From a virus: a DNA stretch of 64,000 nucleotides. The stretch covers positions 67,935 through 131,934 of IMG/VR virus record IMGVR_UViG_3300033998_000198, one strand, 5' to 3'. Under the pieces are notes generated by a model that searched no databases, was not told the DNA's origin, and saw only the letters and a list, made by a program, of their open reading frames with translations. Shown here one piece after another: positions 37,622-44,994 of the stretch (position 1 is its first letter; every line of letters begins with the position of its first letter). The position numbers were made by a program, and so were the translations under genes.

Positions 37622-38749
37622 CTAACTGCCAAATACCACACTTGCATATGCTTTTGCAGCTTGTGGATCAGCTTCTTCAAATCTGGCCATCTCCGGGTAA
37701 AACTCAAAGAACAGTCGTCCCTTAAATGTATGGAATTTGTTCTTTGCAAAGTGAACTTCAAATACTGGCTGTTTTAACGGCTCGTTTGCACGTAGAAAAT
37801 ACACGCCAGCTGCTTCTCCTTTGTAGTGCACTTCATTATAAACCAGGAGTACAGCCTTTGCTTCGTACTTGATTTTTACAGTTTCCCTCAAATCATCAAG
37901 GGATGGTCTCCTGATGCCGTTTAATTTCTTTAGCTCGGCAGAACAAATCATGACCAGATTGTACTTTATAGCCGTATCCGAACACCATTGTGCAATAGTA
38001 TCATACTTTAATTTATCGGTAAGACCCGGTTGGTTCTTTAAGTTCAAATCATGCATGTTATCAATGCAGACGACGATCTGTTTCTCAAGACAGGCAGCGT
38101 CAAGCATAACCATAATTCTTTTGATTTCATCTTCAATATCTTCTACGTATGTACTGAAATTGGCATCATACACATTGTATGAATTACACATTGCCCTAAG
38201 TTTATTAAGTCCAACTTCACGACGCTGTAGCATTAACGGAATATGCTTGTAATTTTGTGGACACTTTACTGCATTTAGCATAACCCTATTGATAGAACCT
38301 ACAATCCTTGGAATCTTATCCTGTAATGGATCGTCAAGACTGAAGTCCATAACATAAGCGTTTGAATTCTCATGAGCAATCTGTTGGGCAAGTTGTGTAA
38401 TAAAGCCCGACTTTCCAAGGTTTGAGTCGCCACCGATAACAATAAACCCTGGAACCAACCCGCCATCAAATGCGGCATCAATTGATTTCCACCCTGTCTT
38501 CAGCCCCTGGTTCTTTTTGCTCCAGGCACGTTTTTCGAATGCTTCAATCTTGTCCCACATCTCTATCTCATGGTCAAGACTCGGCTTTGGTGGTGCAGCA
38601 CTTCTTATCTTCTGTAAATCCTGATCTATGTTAGTAAGATCCGGAAGGTCCGGGTCACCAAGAATGTCTTCCGGCGACCCAACATCCGGCTCGGTGCTTG
38701 TAGCTTCCTCAAACGTGAGGAAATCTTCTATGTTATAACCATCACTCAT
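37622..38749 (-). CDS. dnaB: DnaB-like replicative helicase (short acidic N-terminus)
   Basis: LKTGWKSID, Walker A GGDSNLGKS, FSLD, VCIDNMH, ELKK, RPSLDDLRE and AKNK motifs. Confidence 0.85.
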   Translation of the reverse strand: MSDGYNIEDFLTFEEATSTEPDVGSPEDILGDPDLPDLTNIDQDLQKIRSAAPPKPSLDHEIEMWDKIEAFEKRAWSKKNQGLKTGWKSIDAAFDGGLVPGFIVIGGDSNLGKSGFITQLAQQIAHENSNAYVMDFSLDDPLQDKIPRIVGSINRVMLNAVKCPQNYKHIPLMLQRREVGLNKLRAMCNSYNVYDANFSTYVEDIEDEIKRIMVMLDAACLEKQIVVCIDNMHDLNLKNQPGLTDKLKYDTIAQWCSDTAIKYNLVMICSAELKKLNGIRRPSLDDLRETVKIKYEAKAVLLVYNEVHYKGEAAGVYFLRANEPLKQPVFEVHFAKNKFHTFKGRLFFEFYPEMARFEEADPQAAKAYASVVFGS

Positions 38750-39831
38750 CTTGCAACAACCCCCGCTTGCCTATTTTTCATTAACTTGCAGTTCTTAAAG
38801 TCACACTCGCTTAGGACTTTTAATGTAGAACATCCATAACTTGCGTGTCCTGCAAAGATACTTCTTACGCTTCTCTCTAATTCCTGTTCTTTTGTAGGAG
38901 GTGTATTCTTCGTATCATTCCATTCCTTTATCTTTTCAAGTGCCTGTACATATTCCATTCCACAATTCTTATAGTAACTTGCCAATGCTACTATTGAATT
39001 GTTTCGTCGTCCTTCCGGAGCTCCTGTTTTGAGCAGATGACTAACGCATGGAGGCATGTACCGTAAATTCCCTGTACCCTTCAGTGTCACTTTCTTTTGT
39101 GATTCTTTTATATATAAATCTACAAGGTATTTGTATTGTTTGTTTGCCAGAGTATTAAACGACGGCGGAGCGACCGCTATAGTTCTTGGCTGTCTGGCCA
39201 GTTCAAGTATTTCCTTGTGGCTTATGTCCCTGAGTTCTTGTTGTGTGATAGGGATTTTGTATAGTCTTGTTTTTTCGTGAATGGTTCCAGGGATTCTGAA
39301 TAGCCTTTTATTGTCATAGATAACCAAATCAAGCGTCTTGTTTGGTGTGTGTTTTATTACGTCACTTGCAATAAACTTGTATATCAAGTTCAGTTTCTTG
39401 TGTGGCTCAACTCCCAGGATTTCCGAAGGAACCATTATATGTACTCCCTTGTTTCCAGAGAAGTATATCTGTAATTCTTCCGGTTCAATATGCATGATTG
39501 TTTTCAGATATGATATACTTCGCAAGGCATCGATCCTTACTTTCTCAAAGTCATTCTGGTCGTCGAAATCCAAATACAAGTCACTAAACAGATATGCTTC
39601 ATTCAAGTCGGTCGTGTTGTACCTGTACGGAGTAATAAATAAACCGAATCCGTTATGCTTTTGTATGAATTTATCGACCTCATCTTCTTTGATGTAGATA
39701 TTCCTCTTAAAATACTTATTCCCCTTGGCGATTGTCCAGAACCCGGTTTCTACCAGGCAACACTCTTGCTTTTGGCACAATCTTATCATCTCCCGCCGCT
39801 TTAACATCGGTAACCCTTTGGTTAAGGGCAT
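38746..39831 (-). CDS. Archaeo-eukaryotic primase (prim-pol) with PriCT-like C-terminus; start uncertain
   Basis: LYLDFD, FSGNKGVH, RLFRIPGT and PPC...G.RNN motifs. Confidence 0.8.
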   Translation of the reverse strand: MPLTKGLPMLKRREMIRLCQKQECCLVETGFWTIAKGNKYFKRNIYIKEDEVDKFIQKHNGFGLFITPYRYNTTDLNEAYLFSDLYLDFDDQNDFEKVRIDALRSISYLKTIMHIEPEELQIYFSGNKGVHIMVPSEILGVEPHKKLNLIYKFIASDVIKHTPNKTLDLVIYDNKRLFRIPGTIHEKTRLYKIPITQQELRDISHKEILELARQPRTIAVAPPSFNTLANKQYKYLVDLYIKESQKKVTLKGTGNLRYMPPCVSHLLKTGAPEGRRNNSIVALASYYKNCGMEYVQALEKIKEWNDTKNTPPTKEQELERSVRSIFAGHASYGCSTLKVLSECDFKNCKLMKNRQAGVVAR

Positions 39832-40432
39832 TCTGTGCGAATCTCAGATAATTCTGCAAATCCATGATCGATGTCAACGGAGGTAAGTCATTTGCAGCTA
39901 TCATATCATTCGCTATATCTATCATATAGAGCACAAGCTCTAACGAATACTTATCCATCAACCATTTGAGTCCACCGATATATTTCGCCTGATTTATCTC
40001 CATCTTGTCATAGAGATTTTCATGACGTAAGTAATAATCGTAGAGCTCCTCAATGGTATAACTGCACCTCATCTCAAGAAAATAAGGCTGTACTTCACGT
40101 TTTATCTCACCGGTATTATAGTCTACTGTTACCTTTGGCGGAGGAGGTGTTATTCTGAGTTCATTGTGATAATAATATTCAAATGGCTTCAGAATGTTCC
40201 TTCTCTTTGGCGTTCGTCCGTCAAAATAAGTGTTCAGATCAAGCACCTTATCAGGATATTTGTTCTTGAAGAAATCCATATTCAGTTGTATTTCTCCTGA
40301 AGTCCACCCTTTGGACAAGAGGGAGGCCATAGAATTTACGGCCTCTTTCTTAATGTCCTTAGTGATATCAGGAACAGCGTAGAACATAATGACATAGTTG
40401 AAAGCCAAGTCATATATACTCATAGCGTCCAT
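39716..40432 (-). CDS. Hypothetical replication-cluster protein
   Basis: GGAGG RBS; operon with helicase and primase. Confidence 0.55.
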   Translation of the reverse strand: MDAMSIYDLAFNYVIMFYAVPDITKDIKKEAVNSMASLLSKGWTSGEIQLNMDFFKNKYPDKVLDLNTYFDGRTPKRRNILKPFEYYYHNELRITPPPPKVTVDYNTGEIKREVQPYFLEMRCSYTIEELYDYYLRHENLYDKMEINQAKYIGGLKWLMDKYSLELVLYMIDIANDMIAANDLPPLTSIMDLQNYLRFAQNALNQRVTDVKAAGDDKIVPKARVLPGRNRVLDNRQGE

Positions 40433-40444
40433 AGTGATACCTCC

Positions 40445-41059
40445 TTAATCTATTTGCATAAAATCAAGGAAATCATCAATATTGTCCGGAGTCAACTGGC
40501 TCTTGGTCTTGATGTTTGCGTTCCACCTCTGTAAGTATTTATTAAATTCTTCGTCAGTTTTTATATTGAGTTTTGCTTTGAGCCTGTTTACTCTCTCTAC
40601 CTGTTCTTTGGAGAATTTCTTTTTCTCTCCTGTTGTATGACGCTGTTCCTCGGTTTGATGTGTCACCGGAGCGTTGTTTACAGGGCTTATATGAGCCTGA
40701 GTGAATGTGAATTCATTGTACTCCATTCCGAGAGTAGACAGTGCATTATTGATTGCGTCTTTTATGACGACTTTACGGGCAATCAGGTCTACTTCCTTCT
40801 TTGTGAGTTTGGAGCTTCCTACTCCAATCCTTACAATCTGCGGCAAATAGACTGCGACTGTGATATGGAGACTGCGTGGACCAAGGTCTTCAGAAATTTC
40901 TTCTTTTAGTATTTCATAAGACCAAGGGATACCTTTAGAATTGATGACATCGATAGGATTTTCTGTCTTGATTTTTTCTGCTGCGATTTCACGCAGCTCT
41001 TTTGCGTAGTTTTTATACATATCTCCGCCAAGATATGTGTTCAACAACAATTCATTCAT
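40445..41059 (-). CDS. Possible Rad52/Sak-like single-strand annealing protein
   Basis: RIGVGSS...ARKVVIKDAINNALSTLGM resembles the Rad52_Rad22 helix motif; weak. Confidence 0.4.
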   Translation of the reverse strand: MNELLLNTYLGGDMYKNYAKELREIAAEKIKTENPIDVINSKGIPWSYEILKEEISEDLGPRSLHITVAVYLPQIVRIGVGSSKLTKKEVDLIARKVVIKDAINNALSTLGMEYNEFTFTQAHISPVNNAPVTHQTEEQRHTTGEKKKFSKEQVERVNRLKAKLNIKTDEEFNKYLQRWNANIKTKSQLTPDNIDDFLDFMQID

Positions 41060-41091
41060 GACCTTTCCCCCTAAATCTAATCTGTACTTAA

Positions 41092-41120
41092 ATTATATCT
41101 TCACGAGTTTGTTATGTCAA
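41092..41120 (-). promoter_or_regulatory. Perfect sigma-A promoter TTGACA-N17-TATAAT driving the replication operon
   Basis: Exact consensus hexamers and spacing. Confidence 0.85.
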
Positions 41121-41170
41121 TAATGTTTGTAACATGATGACACTTAAAAATGTAGCATTTTGCTACATTT

Positions 41171-41379
41171 TCATCTGAACATCTGTTTGTTTATCCCTGT
41201 CTTTCCCCATTGTACGAGGCCCATGACAGCTATACCAACTTGAACCACTCCAACTTTCGCTTCGCTTAGAAGTGGGAGTCTTCTCGCCTTAAACTAATAA
41301 AGCACCATCGCTTTTTGTAAACATTTGCGATGGTGCCAACAAGACTTGCTATTGTAATTAGTATTGTCCAATCAAACAT
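41171..41379 (-). pseudogene. Small PnuC-like membrane protein gene broken by a 49-bp IS605 remnant
   Basis: MFDWTILITIASLVGTIANVYKKRWCFI before the insertion and VGIAVMGLVQWGK after it; the middle appears deleted. Confidence 0.5.
41240..41288 (-). mobile_element. 49-bp IS200/IS605 hairpin mini-element
   Basis: Follows TTTAA; hairpin homologous to the right end at 41779-41820; ends GGTTCAA. Confidence 0.65.
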
Positions 41380-41386
41380 CTTCTTA

Positions 41387-41400
41387 CCGTTATAAGAATA
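41387..41400 (-). mobile_element. Degenerate IS607-like right-end remnant 7 nt before an ATG
   Basis: TTCTTATAACGG-taagaag-ATG matches the end of element B; no left end found. Confidence 0.4.
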
Positions 41401-41466
41401 AAGCCACCTGCTATTGGCGGAGGCGGCTTTGACTCTTTAGGCGAAAAGGTTGTTGTTGTTAATTAC

Positions 41467-41495
41467 ATTCTACTCTATATGTAGTATAATGTCAA
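41467..41495 (-). promoter_or_regulatory. Sigma-A promoter TTGACA-N17-TAGAAT
   Basis: Near-consensus hexamers; overlaps a + strand TATAAT. Confidence 0.6.
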
Positions 41496-41527
41496 TATTT
41501 TTATGCTACATTGTGAGTATCAACAAC

Positions 41528-41746
41528 CTATACAAAGTATTCTTTCCATTCGAGTTCTATATCTTTGAGCTCTTTTGCAAACGTGAAGTTTACAATCTTT
41601 ATACCAGGCGAGAACTTGTGATTGAGTTCTTCATCATAAGTCTTCTGGTAGTATGCCAGTTTGGCGTCGATGTTCTCAGTTGTGTTAATAATCATTTCTG
41701 GTTTTGGGAAGCCGGCCATCTCGACCAAAATGGCGACGTACTTCAT
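41528..41746 (-). CDS. Small hypothetical protein
   Basis: 72-aa ORF after the IS605 right end. Confidence 0.6.
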   Translation of the reverse strand: MKYVAILVEMAGFPKPEMIINTTENIDAKLAYYQKTYDEELNHKFSPGIKIVNFTFAKELKDIELEWKEYFV

Positions 41747-41758
41747 ATCAAGTTCTTT

Positions 41759-41954
41759 TGCTCTCAGGAATATCTTGAATGAACCTCTCCAACCTACGCT
41801 TCGCTTAGAGGTTGGAGTTTCTTAGCACCATGTATTATTACCTTCGCAGATATGTTGTTACATATCTTCGTTGCAAACAACGGAAGTATAATAATACACT
41901 AACTAAGCAACTACCTTTCGGCAGGGTGGATTCACACCATCTACTACTTCTTGC
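41759..41954 (-). ncRNA. omegaRNA candidate of the IS605 TnpB; predicted guide TCAAGATATTCCTGAGAGCA
   Basis: Structured non-coding stretch between the tnpB stop and the right end. Confidence 0.6.
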
Positions 41955-43197
41955 CTAAGCAATACGTAGATACTTTATTTCTCTTGTCTTTCCTAAGTAC
42001 CTAATATCATTATATTTATACTTAGATAATATATTTTTGCTTCCATGTATATCTCTATGCTCTTTATATCCACATTTACATATATAATTCCTCGTAGAAG
42101 TTTTCTTCCTTCTACCACAAACAGGACATGTTTGTGTAGTATATCCTTCGTTGATTTTAGTTATATTTATTCCTTCGGCTTTTAATTTGTATTCTAAATA
42201 TTTATATAATTTACCAAACTGCCATTGACTTAATTTTTGATTGGTATTTTTATTCATTTTCTTTTTAGTGTTTCTTTGTACTCCATCAATATCACCTATT
42301 ACCACTTCATTGACTTTATTTTCGATACACCAATCAACATATTGCTTAGTTGTTTTATGAAGTATATCAGTTAATTGATTGTCAGATTTAGATAGTATAT
42401 ATTGTTTTGCTTTATTGTACTTTTTACATTTTCTGCTACCTTTCTTACATTTGCTCATTTTCCTTTGTAATTCTGCTATCTTTTTATTTCTTAGTCTTTT
42501 TATACTTCTTGCCTTACGTCCAGTTATTATAATCGCATTACCGTTTTCACAATATGAACTAATTGTGTGTATTTCTCCTACGTCTATCCCTGCTATGTTT
42601 TTATGATTATTTATACTTTCAATTAATCCATCTTCATATGTTAATGATAATTTTAATCCTCTATCATATATTAATTCAATTTCTTTTATTTTACCAATTT
42701 GTAGTTCTTTAACATGGACTATAATAGGCTGTTGTCTCTTACCATTCCATATACCCATACTTAACTCAATTTTGCCATTATCATACACCTTGAAACCATC
42801 TTTAGCCCATTTTGTATTATAATTCTTTTTCTTTTTATAAGGATATCTATTGTCTAATCCTTGTTGCTTTGCTTTATGTGCTGCATCTCTTGCAAATAAG
42901 TATTTATGGCATACTGCTTGTATTGATTGAGAATGCAATGGATATTTGTTTTTTAATGCTTTTTGTAATTCTGTTTTATTAATCCATTTACCATCATTAG
43001 CAAGAGAGTATTGTTTAGCAATGTCTAAACAATCATTCCATATTTGTGCTGATATACGGTTACATTCGTAAAGTCTATTTAGATTGGTTTTAGATGTTTT
43101 GAATGTAGTTTTTAAGCAACGTATCACGTTCTCACCTCACTTTTCAGCAATTCATCTCCCACCTATAGAGGATGGGAGAATTCTTGCTGATTCTCCG
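41779..43197 (-). mobile_element. IS200/IS605 (tnpB-only, IS1341-like) element
   Basis: TTTAA target then left-end hairpin (about 43140-43190); right-end hairpin CTCCAACC..GGTTGGAG ending GGTTCAT; AT-rich. Confidence 0.8.
41955..43127 (-). CDS. tnpB: TnpB, rearranged-RuvC type
   Basis: GIDVG; VVIGD at the canonical RuvC-II position with E in INEGYTTQTC; HRDIHG; zinc finger. Confidence 0.88.
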   Translation of the reverse strand: MIRCLKTTFKTSKTNLNRLYECNRISAQIWNDCLDIAKQYSLANDGKWINKTELQKALKNKYPLHSQSIQAVCHKYLFARDAAHKAKQQGLDNRYPYKKKKNYNTKWAKDGFKVYDNGKIELSMGIWNGKRQQPIIVHVKELQIGKIKEIELIYDRGLKLSLTYEDGLIESINNHKNIAGIDVGEIHTISSYCENGNAIIITGRKARSIKRLRNKKIAELQRKMSKCKKGSRKCKKYNKAKQYILSKSDNQLTDILHKTTKQYVDWCIENKVNEVVIGDIDGVQRNTKKKMNKNTNQKLSQWQFGKLYKYLEYKLKAEGINITKINEGYTTQTCPVCGRRKKTSTRNYICKCGYKEHRDIHGSKNILSKYKYNDIRYLGKTREIKYLRIA

Positions 43198-43208
43198 TTA
43201 AATTGTCT

Positions 43209-43517
43209 TTAGAAACCTTTCCCAAGTAGCACCTGAAGTTTATTCTTCAGTGTTTTGCCAGGGTGGAACACCGCTGTCATCTGAGCAGGTATTATGATAT
43301 CCTGTTTGGTGTTGGGAGTATGGCCTTTTCTTTCAGCTCTTTCTCTGGGCTCCAATGTACCGAATCCTACGATACATACTTTGTCTCCGGATTCAAGAGC
43401 TCCTGTGATTGCTTCGAGCACAGCATTTACATCTGCCTCAATGTCTTTCTTTGGGACGGTATCACCGTTTTTCTCCCTGATTTCTTTTACCTTTTCAATC
43501 AAATCTTTTTTGTTCAT
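43209..43517 (-). CDS. hup: HU/IHF-family DNA-binding protein; SD displaced by element C
   Basis: MNKKDLI...GDKVCIVGFGTLEPRERAERKGHTPNT...IPAQ...FHPGKTLK. Confidence 0.9.
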   Translation of the reverse strand: MNKKDLIEKVKEIREKNGDTVPKKDIEADVNAVLEAITGALESGDKVCIVGFGTLEPRERAERKGHTPNTKQDIIIPAQMTAVFHPGKTLKNKLQVLLGKGF

Positions 43518-43670
43518 GTTTGTAACCGTTACGCAAAACTTATAAAACTTTACAAAAACATTGTAAAAGTTTATGTTTGCTTCCTCGTTCATAGTGTCCG
43601 ACCTCGGCTAACCTACTATCGTTTGATGTGACACTCCAGAGGCTTGAATTCCCGTGTAACTCACGGTACA
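43506..43670 (-). ncRNA. omegaRNA candidate C; predicted guide TTACAAACATGAACAAAAAA (hup start)
   Basis: GGAATTCAAGCCTCTGGAG, GTAGG, ATGAACGAGGAA and AACATAAA blocks. Confidence 0.65.
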
Positions 43671-44072
43671 CCTTAATGCCAATCGTTCTGGTGATTCGCA
43701 TTAAGTAACGGTTTCCTCCTTTCTCAATTTATTCATCAAAAATTAAGTGAACCTCCTACGACTTCAGTCGTAGGCTTCTTCCTGCTTCTTCGTCCTCGTA
43801 ACCTACTAACTCCACAGGCGTTAATTCCGATAGTTCCTACCGTACTTCTGTCCTTACTCATGACTAAAGTCACGAGAATGCGGACATTAACACTTCAATT
43901 TTTGCTTGGTTTTCGCTATTCATCACGGTGCTAAAGACCCTCTCCATTCTATTGGATGCTTATACCACTTTCGCAGTACCCTGGATTCACATTAGAACAC
44001 ACCGACCACAACGCTATGTGGATTTTTACATAATTTTATAATGTTTTATAAAAATCCTTTAACTGTTGTTAC
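43526..44072 (-). mobile_element. Non-coding IS607-like element C (547 bp), inserted after GGAGG of hup
   Basis: GGAGG at 44073-44077; left end GTAACAACAGTTAA; right end TTTTATAAGTTTTGCGTAACGG. Removal gives AAGGAGG-ttacaaac-ATG. Confidence 0.8.
43747..43885 (-). mobile_element. 139-bp IS605-type mini-element (LE hairpin + omegaRNA-like + RE) nested in element C
   Basis: TTAAT target (43886-43890); CTCGTGACTTTAGTCATGAG left hairpin; GGAATTAACGCCTGTGGAG; CCTACGACTGAAGTCGTAGG right hairpin ending TTCAC. Confidence 0.7.
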
Positions 44073-44081
44073 CCTCCTTGT

Positions 44082-44222
44082 TTACTGTGGGTGAGTATAG
44101 TCTTCCGTCTTCCCACACTTGCAGCAAACATACTGGTTCTTCTTCTCGCCAGTGACAGGATCTATAGCAGATTGAAGCAGCATATCCGTCCCGCATACAG
44201 GACATTCCTTAATGAATTCCAT
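44082..44222 (-). CDS. 46-aa zinc-ribbon protein (below ORF-track cutoff)
   Basis: GGAGG RBS; MEFIKECPVCG...VCCKCG. Confidence 0.6.
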   Translation of the reverse strand: MEFIKECPVCGTDMLLQSAIDPVTGEKKNQYVCCKCGKTEDYTHPQ

Positions 44223-44262
44223 CGCTTCCACCTCCGTCATCAGATTCATTAACTATATTATA

Positions 44263-44291
44263 ATTATAGCTAATTCTGGAAACGATGTAAA
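44263..44291 (-). promoter_or_regulatory. Sigma-A promoter TTTACA-N17-TATAAT
   Basis: Near-consensus hexamers upstream of the Zn-ribbon/hup genes. Confidence 0.65.
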
Positions 44292-44340
44292 TACCGAAAT
44301 TCCTGTAATTTAATTAAATTTGTTAAATTTTGTTACAATA

Positions 44341-44368
44341 ATGGAGTAAATCAGAAGATTTACTCCAT
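44341..44368 (-). terminator. Intrinsic terminator after the nrdJ operon
   Basis: 12-bp stem ATGGAGTAAATC/GATTTACTCCAT. Confidence 0.65.
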
Positions 44369-44379
44369 TTATCATATTT

Positions 44380-44982
44380 TCAGACCTTGCTTAACCTGTC
44401 CTGTGATACTGGGTTCCAGTAGTTTGACAAGCTCCAGTTGCGAGAATTTGGAGCTATATCAATTTTCTTTCCATCCTGGCACCACAGAATTCTTGCCGGG
44501 ATGTTGTAGAGTTTCATGTTTATAAGGCATATTTTGTATGCCAACAGGTCATGCTCAATGCCGTAATACATGAGATCTCTTTTTGCCCTCTCCTTGACCA
44601 TGATAAAGAAACGACCTGTCCCGACACTTTTATCAAGTACCGGAGGTGGAGTAACTCCACCCTCGGATTCTATCATATCAAGGCACTTGTTCACGTGTTT
44701 ATTCAGAGATTTTCTGGTACTCAACGGAGTTGACGGCCTGAATATTAGTTCATAGTATTCACCAAACCAATCCCAGGTATTCTGCTTCAGTACATCTACA
44801 CTGAAGTGACTTGTGACATAATCATAGGTCGGCTGCTTGAATCTAACCATTGCGTCTCCTATACTGAGCTTATACGCTGCATAGTTAAGCAGTCTTTTGA
44901 ATGCTTCCTGCTCATGAATGCCTTCCATCCTGACAATATTATCAATGCAGTCACCAATCATGGTCAAGGCTTGAGATTTCAT
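44380..44982 (-). CDS. N-6 DNA methylase-like protein, apparently lacking the catalytic motif
   Basis: SAM-binding VLDKSVGTGRF and YGIEHD...ICLINM; no NPPY/F motif. Confidence 0.55.
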   Translation of the reverse strand: MKSQALTMIGDCIDNIVRMEGIHEQEAFKRLLNYAAYKLSIGDAMVRFKQPTYDYVTSHFSVDVLKQNTWDWFGEYYELIFRPSTPLSTRKSLNKHVNKCLDMIESEGGVTPPPVLDKSVGTGRFFIMVKERAKRDLMYYGIEHDLLAYKICLINMKLYNIPARILWCQDGKKIDIAPNSRNWSLSNYWNPVSQDRLSKV

Positions 44983-44994
44983 AGGCTTTTCCTC

